Positions 43,337 to 53,287 of a stretch of 64,000 bases of DNA are shown piece after piece; position 1 is the stretch's first letter; each line of letters opens with the position of its first letter. The translations under genes and the position numbers were made by a program. The stretch spans positions 115,882-179,881 of the forward strand of contig CAZOZN010000001.1 of NCBI GenBank assembly GCA_964584335.1. The letters run 5' to 3'. The notes beneath the pieces are model-generated. The model had not been told where the DNA came from and searched no databases. It was given only the letters and a program-made list of their open reading frames with translations. This DNA comes from an uncultured archaeon. Its GTDB lineage: Archaea > Aenigmatarchaeota > Aenigmatarchaeia > PWEA01 > JAGHBM01.

Positions 43337-45586
43337 GTGTTCAACTTGCAGTTTGATTCAAAAGGTATTACACCAATAATTTCTGCAATAACAATAATAT
43401 TGATAGTTATAAGCATGTCTTTTTTGTTTTTACACTGGGGAAGCGATACCAGCGACACCTTCAAGGAAACAACCGAGGAAAGAACCGAAAGCGAAATTAA
43501 AACAGCAAAGACAAGATTTTCAATCATTGATATTTCAGGAAAAGAATTAGCTTTGAAAAACAAAGGAGAAGATATTTTAAATACCAGTGAATTTGCTTTT
43601 TACTTGAATGATACAAGTTTTAGTTCTGACCCTATTACTCCAAGTTCTATATCTCCCGGCGAGGTAATAGTTGTTAGAATATCTTCCGCTCCGGAGAACC
43701 TTTCTGAATATAATTTGAGGGTTTCCGGACCTCACGGAAAATATGACGAAATATCTCTGTATTCATCCTCGACCACATCAACATCCACTTCAATAGTCAC
43801 GACAATATCTACCACATCAACAACCACTTCAATATCAACAACAGTTTCCACGACCTCAACCACTTCAATATCAACCACAACTTCAGTATCAACAACCACG
43901 ACCTCAACCACAACTTCAGTATCAACAACAATATCAACCACCTCAACTACGGTCGTCACAACTTCCACGGTCACTACCTGCGACCAGGCATGTGCACTAC
44001 AATCAGATTGTTATTCTGGCAGTTGTTTGCCTCTTGCTGCGCCATCATGTTCAAGTACGGGAGGTTGTTCCTCTGGTGATTGTGGACTACCCGCAGGATA
44101 CGATTGTGGTACTCTGAGATGTATATGCCATCCGTCCACAACAACATCTACTTCAACAACTGTGCCTACAACAGCTTCAACAACTTCAACATCAACTTCC
44201 ACAACAACTTCAATAGCTACTTGTCCTATATCTTCTTCAACTTGCACATCCCCCGACGGTTCATTAATTTGTTCATCAACGGGCTCTTCAGTGAGCGGTT
44301 GTCTCAACGAATATGACTGGAAATATTATTCTATAACCGGTTCCGGGGGTTGTAATGTCAGAGTTCTTCTTACTAACTCCGGCTCCGGATGCAATGCAAA
44401 CGACTTGTGGATATTTGACTCTTCCTGTACCAGTATTTATGCTTCAAACACAGACCAGTGGACAGTTGGATGGTCCGGAACCCCGTCTTCAGACATAATT
44501 GTTGCTATTGACGGAGATTCCTCAAACACAGACTGCCAGTGGACTATTGACACAAGATGCGACTGTGCATCTACAACATCCACTTCAATCCCAACCACTT
44601 CCACATCAACTACAACTCCAACCACAGCATCAACAGCCACCACAACATCAACCTCAATCCCAACCACTTCCACATCAACAACAACTCCAACCACGGCATC
44701 AACAGCCACCACAACCTCAACATCCACTTCAACGACAATAGTATCGACTCTTACCCTAACACCAAGTTCCGGATACCCGAGCTATACAGTTAATGCGGAT
44801 GCAAATCCCGACTCATCAAATATTTGCGATTGGAATGGATGCTCCGGTTCCAGCTGCACAGGAATTCTTATAAGAGTTGGAGACGGTACTTTCTCCGCAC
44901 CTTCAGCAGCAGGAACATATGGTTATTATGCATGCCCAGGCAACGGTTTCGATTCTATAACAGTTGTTTCATCTACTTCCACTTCAACTTCCACGTCAAC
45001 CTCAATCCCACCGACAACATCAACATCAACTTCCACATCAACCTCAATCCCAACCACTTCCACGTCAACTTCCACGTCAACCTCAATCCCACCGACAACA
45101 TCAACATCCACAACCGTTTCATCAACATCAACTTCCACATCAACCTCAATCCCGCCGACAACCTCAACCTCAACCTCAACCTCAACTACGGTAGGAGAAA
45201 CTTGTGAAGAATATTGTGCAAATCAGGGATACTGGGATGATATTCCCGGTTGCTGTGACTCAGATTGCCAGACCGGCGGCATGTGTCCTGATATTTACGG
45301 AACTCCTTATTGTTGTTGGGGCGTGGATACTAGCTATCATGCCAGTGATTGTATCGGTAGCGAAACGTGCTGGTGCACTGAGCGTCAGTTTTGTGAGGAC
45401 CCCGCATGGTGTTCTGATTGTGGCATTAGATTTTGCGGTTCGTATGATAACTGCTATGATTGTTTGGATAATTGTTGTGAATGGTGTGGCGGTTCCGCAA
45501 TAACAAAATGTAAATTTATTGACGGATGTTATTGGTCAACTTGCATACCCGCCAGTTCCTGTATATTTGACATAGGAAACTGTTAA
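43337..45586 (+). CDS. Modular pilin-anchored surface protein with Thr/Ser linkers and Cys-rich modules
   Basis: SKG|ITPIISAITIILIVIS; pilin head domain; three long Thr/Ser tracts plus a shorter one; modules shared with 45633, 7451 and 12035. Confidence 0.8.
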   Translation: MFNLQFDSKGITPIISAITIILIVISMSFLFLHWGSDTSDTFKETTEERTESEIKTAKTRFSIIDISGKELALKNKGEDILNTSEFAFYLNDTSFSSDPITPSSISPGEVIVVRISSAPENLSEYNLRVSGPHGKYDEISLYSSSTTSTSTSIVTTISTTSTTTSISTTVSTTSTTSISTTTSVSTTTTSTTTSVSTTISTTSTTVVTTSTVTTCDQACALQSDCYSGSCLPLAAPSCSSTGGCSSGDCGLPAGYDCGTLRCICHPSTTTSTSTTVPTTASTTSTSTSTTTSIATCPISSSTCTSPDGSLICSSTGSSVSGCLNEYDWKYYSITGSGGCNVRVLLTNSGSGCNANDLWIFDSSCTSIYASNTDQWTVGWSGTPSSDIIVAIDGDSSNTDCQWTIDTRCDCASTTSTSIPTTSTSTTTPTTASTATTTSTSIPTTSTSTTTPTTASTATTTSTSTSTTIVSTLTLTPSSGYPSYTVNADANPDSSNICDWNGCSGSSCTGILIRVGDGTFSAPSAAGTYGYYACPGNGFDSITVVSSTSTSTSTSTSIPPTTSTSTSTSTSIPTTSTSTSTSTSIPPTTSTSTTVSSTSTSTSTSIPPTTSTSTSTSTTVGETCEEYCANQGYWDDIPGCCDSDCQTGGMCPDIYGTPYCCWGVDTSYHASDCIGSETCWCTERQFCEDPAWCSDCGIRFCGSYDNCYDCLDNCCEWCGGSAITKCKFIDGCYWSTCIPASSCIFDIGNC
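44585..44722 (+). repeat. 69-bp tandem duplication in a Thr/Ser linker
   Basis: tcaatcccaaccacttccacatcaac starts at 44585 and again at 44654 (23-aa unit SIPTTSTSTTTPTTASTATTTST). Confidence 0.85.
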
Positions 45587-45632
45587 AGGCTGCGAAATAA
45601 TATTTTTATATTAAATAAACGTAATTTAAACC

Positions 45633-48600
45633 ATGAATACCCCTTTGGCCGATAATAAAGGCGTCACTCCTATAATATCTTCTATAATAATAATTTTAGC
45701 TGTATTGTCTCTTTCTTTTGCTTATTTACAATGGGGGATGTCTGTTGACGAAGATTTTGAGGACACGACGAGACAGAACACAGAAGATGAGGTAAGAAGA
45801 TCAAGGACCAGTTTTTCTATAGTTACTATGCAGGGAAAGGAATTGGCTTTAAAAAACAAAGGAGAAGTCATGATAAACACAACCGAGTTTGCTTTTTACT
45901 TGAATGATACAAAGTTCACCTCTGACCCGCTTCCTGCTAATTCTATGGGACCCGGAGAAATTTTATTGGTATCAATATCTTCCGCTCCCGATAACTTAAC
46001 CGAGTATAATGTAAAGGTTTCCGGACCTTTTGGAGCTTCAGACCAAATTGAAATAGGTGAAATAATCACGACAACAACCTCGACAACATCAACTTCAACA
46101 TCCACGAGTTCCACGACTTCAACCACCTCAACAACTTCCACGACTTCAACAACATCCACAACTTCATCCACTTCAATTTCAACAACCACGTCCACCACTT
46201 CAATTTCAACAACAACTTCAATTTCAACAACCACGTCCACCACTTCAATTTCAACAACAACTTCAGTATCAACAACCACAACCTCAACAACCACAACAAT
46301 CTCAGGAGGATGTCCGGTTTCTTCATCATCATGTCCTACTCCTGACGGCACCACTACCTGTGGTGCTATTGTAAGCGGCTGCGTTAATCAAACCGATTGG
46401 AAACATTACTCCGTAAGTGGCAGCGGAGGCATGAATGTAATTGTAAGAATGAGTCATTCAGGAACAGGATGTAACATTAATGATTTGTATGTATTTGATG
46501 GTTCTTGTAACATATTAAATTACAGTACCGTAAATGACTGGACTGTTGAGTGGAGCGGATTTGCTCCTTCTGATATAGTGGTTTCTGCAGACGGAGATTC
46601 TACTAACGAGAACTGCACATGGACCTTCAGGACACATTGTTCAGGTACTACTACAACGACCACATCCACCACAACTTCAATACCCGGTTGCCCTATAAGT
46701 TCTTCTATGTGCGGTTCACCGGATGGTTCCATGGCTTGTGGTTCAAGTACCAGCGGTTGTCTTAATGAAACGGATTGGAAATACCATTTAATAACAGGTT
46801 CCGCGGGAAACCAAGTTAACGTTACGGTTACGCATTCAGGAACAGGTTGTAATAGTAATGATATGTACATATTTGACGGTTCATGTAGTATAATTTACGC
46901 TTCTTCAACCAATACTTGGACAGTCGGATGGTCCGGAACGCCGTCTTCAGATATAACTGTTGGTGTTGACGGCGATACCTCGAACGAGAACTGCCAATGG
47001 ACTATTGACACTGTTTGCGGAGCTTCACCCACCACAACATCCACAACCTCAACCACTTCCACTTTAACAACATCACCCACCACCACAACGTCCACAACGT
47101 CCACTTTAACAACATCACCCACCACCACAACGTCCACAACGTCCACTTTAACAACATCACCCACCACCACAACATCCACAACCTCAACCACTTCAACAAC
47201 TTCCACAATTTCCACTACTTCCACATCCACAACTGTTTCAACAACATCCACATCCACCAGTTCAACAACCTCAACCACTTCCACAACATCCACAATTCAG
47301 CAGTGTACTGGTCTTACATTAACTCCACCAGAGGGTCCGAGAGGATATACTGTAACGGCGGATGTGACTCACAGCTCTTGTAATATATGTGATTATCAGG
47401 GATGTTCAGGCTCCGATTGTGTTGGAAATCTTATAAGAACGGGCGATGGAACATTCACAGCACCGACAAGCACGGGAACCAAGGGTTATTATGCTTGTCC
47501 CGGAGGAGCTTATGATACTATAGACGTGGTAGACTGCGGAGTCCACATAACAGCGGACACTACACTTAAATATGACATAACCGGCTGTACAGGCACAGTT
47601 GTTTATATAGATGCTAGCGGAGTGACTCTTGACTGCGACGGCCACAGGCTTCAAACAAGCGGAAGTGGAGGTGTAAACGGAATAAATGTAAATTCAAAGA
47701 GCAATGTTGTAATAGATAATTGTGTAATAGACATGACTTCATCATTAAGTGCTGGTGCAATCTGGCTTGACCATTCAGACGGAGCTACAGTCAGGAATTG
47801 TAATTTGGATGCAGGTCATCAGACTTTAGGTCTTATGTTAAATTCCGAATGTAGGGTTGAGAACAACATAATAAATGCCAGGGATTATCGTGCACTTGAT
47901 GTTTTCTTTTCCGATAATAATGTAATTACTGGAAATACTTTGACTGCTGGTGGACAGTCTGCAATACGCATCAACTCCGGTTCGAACAATCAAATATCCG
48001 GAGGTTCCATATCAGCACCAGATCACGATTATTTGCTTCAGGATGCTGGAGATACAAACACTTTCAGGGATACTGATTTCTCATCTCCAAGAGAGATAAG
48101 GCTGGTGGGAAGCAGTGACCCCCTTAATTCAGTTCATTTTATATACAATGACAGATCTTCAGGCGGTCCATGGCTTGATACATCCATTGACAGGAACAGT
48201 AAAATTTTGACAAGGCAAATAAATTCCTGGTCAAATGATTACATAGAGTGGAGCGAAGATACCACAGGCTCTTCAACCACGGATGTTACTTATGAAGTAT
48301 CGAACATGGATTCTTCCATGTTTAAGTATTCAGTTTATGCCACAAGAAACGGTGACGATGTTTTCCTCTTAAAGCCGAGTAAGGATATAAGTGCTTCCCC
48401 GACAGGAGACGGTGAGATAGAACTTACACTGGACTCAGATGGTTACGAAGTCAGAGTTCAGGATGCATCAATATATGAATCGTCTGAGTATTGTCCCGAA
48501 TGTACTTGGAATGGTGATACGATGAACGGTAAATGGTGTCAGAGCAATATTGGTAGTGGAGGCAGGTGCATAAAAGGAAATGATATCTGTGGAGGGTTAG

Positions 48601-48818
48601 AAACTCAGATAATGGTTGCGGATGATTGTGTACCGGATGGAATAGGTTACTGCCACAACTGTGTCGAGTATTACGGTCTTGAGTTCTGTGACAGGGATAA
48701 CCCTGCAGTTTGGCCTTGCAAGAGCGGTGACTGCAGTGCGTTGAATTGTGTTTCACCCGGAATTAATTGTGTTCCCGACAGCGAACCCGAATGCATTTTG
48801 AGAGACGTTGAACCTTAG
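45633..48818 (+). CDS. Modular pilin-anchored surface protein with a NosD/pectate-lyase-like beta-helix
   Basis: NKG|VTPIISSIIIILAVL; two ~110-aa Cys modules; beta-helix start CGVHITADTTL...VTLDCDGH plus NVVIDNC/NNVITGN repeats. Confidence 0.8.
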   Translation: MNTPLADNKGVTPIISSIIIILAVLSLSFAYLQWGMSVDEDFEDTTRQNTEDEVRRSRTSFSIVTMQGKELALKNKGEVMINTTEFAFYLNDTKFTSDPLPANSMGPGEILLVSISSAPDNLTEYNVKVSGPFGASDQIEIGEIITTTTSTTSTSTSTSSTTSTTSTTSTTSTTSTTSSTSISTTTSTTSISTTTSISTTTSTTSISTTTSVSTTTTSTTTTISGGCPVSSSSCPTPDGTTTCGAIVSGCVNQTDWKHYSVSGSGGMNVIVRMSHSGTGCNINDLYVFDGSCNILNYSTVNDWTVEWSGFAPSDIVVSADGDSTNENCTWTFRTHCSGTTTTTTSTTTSIPGCPISSSMCGSPDGSMACGSSTSGCLNETDWKYHLITGSAGNQVNVTVTHSGTGCNSNDMYIFDGSCSIIYASSTNTWTVGWSGTPSSDITVGVDGDTSNENCQWTIDTVCGASPTTTSTTSTTSTLTTSPTTTTSTTSTLTTSPTTTTSTTSTLTTSPTTTTSTTSTTSTTSTISTTSTSTTVSTTSTSTSSTTSTTSTTSTIQQCTGLTLTPPEGPRGYTVTADVTHSSCNICDYQGCSGSDCVGNLIRTGDGTFTAPTSTGTKGYYACPGGAYDTIDVVDCGVHITADTTLKYDITGCTGTVVYIDASGVTLDCDGHRLQTSGSGGVNGINVNSKSNVVIDNCVIDMTSSLSAGAIWLDHSDGATVRNCNLDAGHQTLGLMLNSECRVENNIINARDYRALDVFFSDNNVITGNTLTAGGQSAIRINSGSNNQISGGSISAPDHDYLLQDAGDTNTFRDTDFSSPREIRLVGSSDPLNSVHFIYNDRSSGGPWLDTSIDRNSKILTRQINSWSNDYIEWSEDTTGSSTTDVTYEVSNMDSSMFKYSVYATRNGDDVFLLKPSKDISASPTGDGEIELTLDSDGYEVRVQDASIYESSEYCPECTWNGDTMNGKWCQSNIGSGGRCIKGNDICGGLETQIMVADDCVPDGIGYCHNCVEYYGLEFCDRDNPAVWPCKSGDCSALNCVSPGINCVPDSEPECILRDVEP
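47058..47183 (+). repeat. 42-bp tandem repeat, 3 copies (STLTTSPTTTTSTT)
   Basis: tccactttaacaacatcacccaccaccacaacgtccacaacg at 47058 and 47100, with a near-identical third copy at 47142. Confidence 0.9.
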
Positions 48819-48901
48819 AAAAAGTCTTCACGTGAAAACATTTTTAAATAAGTTTGTTCACCAATAATATTAATTCTGACTTTTTGGTTGGTGTTTGAAT
48901 C

Positions 48902-50929
48902 ATGAGCACAGTGGGGGAAAATATTGCTAGGATTGAAGATTTCTTAAAGAAATTTTATTATAACAAACTTCTGGAGGCCGCTAGAGAAGGCAAAGACACG
49001 ATAACAGTTGACTTCCGTGATTTGGATAAGTTCGACCCGATATTGGCTGATATACTCATAAAGGAGCCCTCTGGTTTTTTTGATTGTTGTTCTTCTGCCG
49101 TTTCAAATATCGATTTGGGAACTGTAGACTTTGGGACAGAAAACAAGATAACTCTTAGATTTGACAATGTTCCTGATTCCGAGAAAATGAGGATAAAAGA
49201 CTTGAGAAGCTGTCATATAGGCAAGCTTGTTAAGATAGACGGAATGGTAAGGAGGGCATCGGAAGTAAAGCCGGAGCTTCAGGTTGCTATTTTTGAGTGC
49301 CCCGATTGCGGCGAAAAGATAGAGGTAATGCAGCTTGAAAAGATGCTTACATATCCAAAGGGCTGTGAGTGCGGAAAGAAGAGGGGCTTCAAGCTTGTTG
49401 ACAGAAGGCTTCATGATACAAGGTATATAGTTCTTGAGGACCCTTTCGAGACTACTGTCGGCGAGAAACCGGGTGAGCTGAGAGTTTTTTTAAAGGACGA
49501 CCTTACCACTCCAAAAAACCAGAGAAAAACTGACCCTGGTGCAAGGCTTGAGATGGTTGGTATAGTCAAGGAACTTCCCAAGAGAGTTAATGGGAGAAAG
49601 ACAAAACAGCTCGATATATTTTTGGAGTGCAACTTCTTCAAGCCAATCGAGCTTGAACTTGAGGAAATACTAATAACAAAGGAGGACGAAGAAAAGATTA
49701 AAGAACTTGCTGCCAGAGAAGATGTTTATGATATTCTTATTAATTCTTTAGCTCCTTCCATGTACGGACTCAGAGAAATAAAGGAATCAATTCTTCTACA
49801 GCTTTTCGGAGGCGTTCCACAGATACTTCCTGACGGTACCAGAATAAGGGGTGACGTGCACATACTTTTGGTGGGAGACCCTGCTGCTGGTAAGACCCAG
49901 TTGCTTAAGCTGGTATCTTCCTTGGTGCCGAGAGGCAGGTATGTTTCAGGCAAGGGCTCTTCCGCGGCGGGTCTAACAGCTACAGTAACCCGTGACGAAG
50001 AATTTATGGGTGGCTGGGTCTTGGAGGCGGGTGCCATAGTTCTTTCAAACAGAAGCACAATTTCAATAGACGAGTTCGATAAAATGAGCAAGGAGGACCA
50101 GATAAACCTTCACGAGGCGATGAGTACTCAGACTGTTTCTATTTCAAAGGCCACGATACAATCAACACTTCCTGCTCAGACATCTGTGATAGCGGGTGCA
50201 AACCCCAAGCTTTCCAGATTCGACCCTTACAGGTCCATATCGGAACAAATCGATATACCGGATACGCTACTTTCCAGGTTTGATTTAAAATTCATACTGC
50301 GTGACGTGCCTAACAGGGAGAGGGATGAAAATCTTGTTGACCATGTTATAAAATCCAGGGTCGCTGAAGACGATATAAAACCTTTAATAGAGAAAGATTT
50401 TTTTAAGAAGTACATAGGTTACGTAAAAAAGAACATAAAACCTACATTAACCAAGGAATCTCTTACAATATGTAAGAACTTCTTTGTTGAGCTTAGAAAC
50501 AAGTACACGGGAGATGAAAGTGGCACGGTACCTCTTACACTAAGACAATTTGAGGCTTTAATAAGGCTTTCAGAGGCATCGGCAAAAATAAGGTTATCCA
50601 GAGAAGTAACGAAGGAAGATGCCAAGAGAGCTATAAAGCTGATGAAAGGAAGCATAAGACAGCTGGGGTTTGACCCGGATACCGGCAAGATAGATATAGA
50701 CCGTGCTGAAGGAGGTGTTAGCTCTTCCAAGAGAAGCAAAATAAGAATAGTGATGGATGCTTTGGACGAGCTGGAGAATACCGTGGGAAAAAACATACCA
50801 ATTTCGGATCTTATAAGTTCCTTAGAAGAGGAAGGTATTGATGAGCACTCTGCAGAATCTATTGTTAGGGAGATGAAAAACAAGGGAATGCTTTTTGAGC
50901 CGAGGTCGGGTTACATACAAAAGATTTAA
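48902..50929 (+). CDS. mcm: Replicative helicase MCM (no intein)
   Basis: Zn finger CPDC..CEC, Walker A GDPAAGKT, IDEFDKM, Arg finger SRFD, C-terminal winged helix. Confidence 0.97.
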   Translation: MSTVGENIARIEDFLKKFYYNKLLEAAREGKDTITVDFRDLDKFDPILADILIKEPSGFFDCCSSAVSNIDLGTVDFGTENKITLRFDNVPDSEKMRIKDLRSCHIGKLVKIDGMVRRASEVKPELQVAIFECPDCGEKIEVMQLEKMLTYPKGCECGKKRGFKLVDRRLHDTRYIVLEDPFETTVGEKPGELRVFLKDDLTTPKNQRKTDPGARLEMVGIVKELPKRVNGRKTKQLDIFLECNFFKPIELELEEILITKEDEEKIKELAAREDVYDILINSLAPSMYGLREIKESILLQLFGGVPQILPDGTRIRGDVHILLVGDPAAGKTQLLKLVSSLVPRGRYVSGKGSSAAGLTATVTRDEEFMGGWVLEAGAIVLSNRSTISIDEFDKMSKEDQINLHEAMSTQTVSISKATIQSTLPAQTSVIAGANPKLSRFDPYRSISEQIDIPDTLLSRFDLKFILRDVPNRERDENLVDHVIKSRVAEDDIKPLIEKDFFKKYIGYVKKNIKPTLTKESLTICKNFFVELRNKYTGDESGTVPLTLRQFEALIRLSEASAKIRLSREVTKEDAKRAIKLMKGSIRQLGFDPDTGKIDIDRAEGGVSSSKRSKIRIVMDALDELENTVGKNIPISDLISSLEEEGIDEHSAESIVREMKNKGMLFEPRSGYIQKI

Positions 50930-50963
50930 ATTATATTACCATAAAATAAGAAAGGGTGATTAA

Positions 50964-51311
50964 ATTAAAAAGAAAAAATTAATAAAAGTTGAAATTGATA
51001 ACGGGGGTTCGTCTTTCTTTTCCGATACTGTTACTGTTTCACATAATCCAGGCAAGTTTGTTTTTGATTTTCAGCAGCTTACCCCAAGATTCAGTAAAGT
51101 AGGTTCTGGAAAACCAGACCATAAAATGTTTCTTTCACATAACACGATAATGATGGACCCTGGCGTCGCCAAGGACCTTTTGAGAATACTCAAGGATAAT
51201 GTCGAAAACTACGAGAAAAAGTTCGGTCAGATAAAGGTAAAAAAGATAAAAAAAGTTAAGCCAGAAGTTGAAGAAAGTGATGATGTGGATTACGCGAGCT
51301 ATATAGGTTGA
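50964..51311 (+). CDS. DUF3467 family protein; probable ATT start
   Basis: Frame open from ATT 50964 (after an in-frame TAA): IKKKKLIKVEIDNGGSSFFSDTVTVSHNPGKFVFDFQQLTPRF...IMMDP..AK.LL..L..NV..YEKKFG.I. Confidence 0.8.
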   Translation: MKKKKLIKVEIDNGGSSFFSDTVTVSHNPGKFVFDFQQLTPRFSKVGSGKPDHKMFLSHNTIMMDPGVAKDLLRILKDNVENYEKKFGQIKVKKIKKVKPEVEESDDVDYASYIG

Positions 51312-51316
51312 TTTGA

Positions 51317-52066
51317 ATGGAGCATAAAAGACTAACTGCAATAAAAACTGAAATAAGCCCTCTAATAAAGGGCAAGTATGTGAAGAGAGAAGGATTTGAG
51401 AGCAACTATGTTTTAACACCTTCCGGTATGAGAATATCCAGGGCCAGAATAATGGGTACTCTTATGAACAAGTTCATCAACGACGATAATACATACGGGT
51501 TTGTAGTTGTTGATGATGAGACAGAAACGATAAGGGCAAAGATTTTTAAAAACACAAAGCTTATAGAGAATCTCAAGGAGGGCGATTTGGTGGACATGAT
51601 AGGTAAAGTAAGGGAATATGACGACGAACTTTACATAATGCCCGAGATAATAAGAAAAATAGACAATCCGAATTTTCTTATTTTGAGAAAAGCTGAATTG
51701 CTTGAGCAGAAAAAGGAAATGGATAAGACAAAAGAAAAGATATTGGGCTTAAAGAAGCAGACATCCGATCTGGAGGAAATAAAGAAGCTCGCTGATGCGG
51801 AAGGAATAAGCTCAGAAGTAGCAGAATCCGTACTTCAGGCAGAAGAGGAAGAAGAAAGCGGCACAGAAAACAAGAAGGATAAAAAATCACTAAAGGAAAT
51901 AGTTCTTAATACCATAGACAAGCTTGACGAAGGCACCGGAGCGGAGTATGGTGTTATAATATCTGAGTCAAAACTCGAAGAGGCTGATGTTGAGGAGGTT
52001 ATAAACGAACTTCTCAGTGAAGGAACTTGCTACGAGCCGAGACCGGGAAGGATAAAAAGGCTTTAG
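51317..52066 (+). CDS. RPA32-like OB-fold plus winged-helix ssDNA-binding protein
   Basis: ISRARIMGT, VVDDETETIRAK, VDMIGKVREY; C-terminal LL.EG.CYEPRPG.IK. Confidence 0.85.
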   Translation: MEHKRLTAIKTEISPLIKGKYVKREGFESNYVLTPSGMRISRARIMGTLMNKFINDDNTYGFVVVDDETETIRAKIFKNTKLIENLKEGDLVDMIGKVREYDDELYIMPEIIRKIDNPNFLILRKAELLEQKKEMDKTKEKILGLKKQTSDLEEIKKLADAEGISSEVAESVLQAEEEEESGTENKKDKKSLKEIVLNTIDKLDEGTGAEYGVIISESKLEEADVEEVINELLSEGTCYEPRPGRIKRL

Positions 52067-52067
52067 A

Positions 52068-53249
52068 TTATTTTTCTAGTTTTAGATTTATATTATCTAT
52101 ACCTAGAAATTCCGACACACTTCTGTTGGGTTTTTGTTTTTTCTTTTCTCCAACTATCTGCATGTGAGGATAAGCTACTTCAAAATCCTCATCTTTACTT
52201 ACCGCATCCAGAAACATAGAGTTTATCTCAGTCTTGACATTTCTTATCATATCGTAAGGTACGGCGAATAGCGCCAGTAGTAATATTGAAGAGTCTTCCA
52301 TATCGACGTGAATCTGTGGCCTGAACCAGGAGGGCATGTCCTCAAAAGTTTCTTTTATGTCTTCCTTCTCTTTTTTTAGCTTGTCTATATGTTCCTTAAG
52401 CTTTTCTCCACGTTCCTTTGTCTTGGCCTTTTTTATTCTTTCTGAAAGTTTTTCTATGGTATTATCTATGAATGATATCTTTTTTGTAAGGTTCTTCTTG
52501 AACTTGTGCAAGTTTTTCTTTGTTACCTCTTCCACTATACTTTCAAATACATTTTTTGCCTTTCTCCAGTCACTCTCGTAAGTTATTGCAATCTTTAGCT
52601 CGGTTTTTACAAAGTTATCGTCTTTTGTGTAATTTTCAACAGGCTCTACAAGTGTCAATTCATTTGGTATAGAAACCAGCTTACCGCTGCTCTGGTCGAT
52701 TTCCTCCAGAAGCCTTTTTACAACAGTATGCATTATTTTTATTTCCTCTACATCTCCTGTTATTTGACCTACTTTTATACGGTCTCCTACTTCAAATGTC
52801 TTATGCAATTTTATTGTTATCCATCCTACTGTATTTAATATGGGCTTTTGAAGTGCGAAAGTTATACCGAAACCTATAAGACCGACTGAGGTTAGAAGCG
52901 CTCCGAGGTCCTCGAATACCATGGTAAATATGATAAATAAAAATACTATCCAAAGAAAATACCTTGTGAAGCTCAGAACCGTTTTTATTTTGAATTTGTC
53001 TTCTCCGTCCTTTTTTTCTATCAATATTTTTATTGAGGATGTTACAAACTTTATCAAAACAAACATGAATATTATAATCGTCAATTTGGGGGCGTACATG
53101 ACAAGGTAATTCTCGATGTTGCCGTAAAACCCGCAGGGGTAATATCTGCACATTATAATGAGGAATATTAAGACTAGAGCGAATACTATTGTCTTGGTGA
53201 AATTCTTTAAATTGAAGTTTTCAAATGCGGGTTTTTTGTCTTCATCCAT
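52068..53249 (-). CDS. mscS: MscS-family mechanosensitive channel
   Basis: GLIGFGITFALQ..I.N, FEVGDRI, GDVEEI, VSIPN, ITYESD, AYPH. Confidence 0.9.
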   Translation of the reverse strand: MDEDKKPAFENFNLKNFTKTIVFALVLIFLIIMCRYYPCGFYGNIENYLVMYAPKLTIIIFMFVLIKFVTSSIKILIEKKDGEDKFKIKTVLSFTRYFLWIVFLFIIFTMVFEDLGALLTSVGLIGFGITFALQKPILNTVGWITIKLHKTFEVGDRIKVGQITGDVEEIKIMHTVVKRLLEEIDQSSGKLVSIPNELTLVEPVENYTKDDNFVKTELKIAITYESDWRKAKNVFESIVEEVTKKNLHKFKKNLTKKISFIDNTIEKLSERIKKAKTKERGEKLKEHIDKLKKEKEDIKETFEDMPSWFRPQIHVDMEDSSILLLALFAVPYDMIRNVKTEINSMFLDAVSKDEDFEVAYPHMQIVGEKKKQKPNRSVSEFLGIDNINLKLEK

Positions 53250-53287
53250 AGGTTAATTATTGTTAACGAAAGTAGTTATTTCTTTCG

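Noticed and set aside
48902-50929. Intein in MCM (or in RFC-L)
   Set aside because: Protein lengths are normal and the Walker motifs are uninterrupted.
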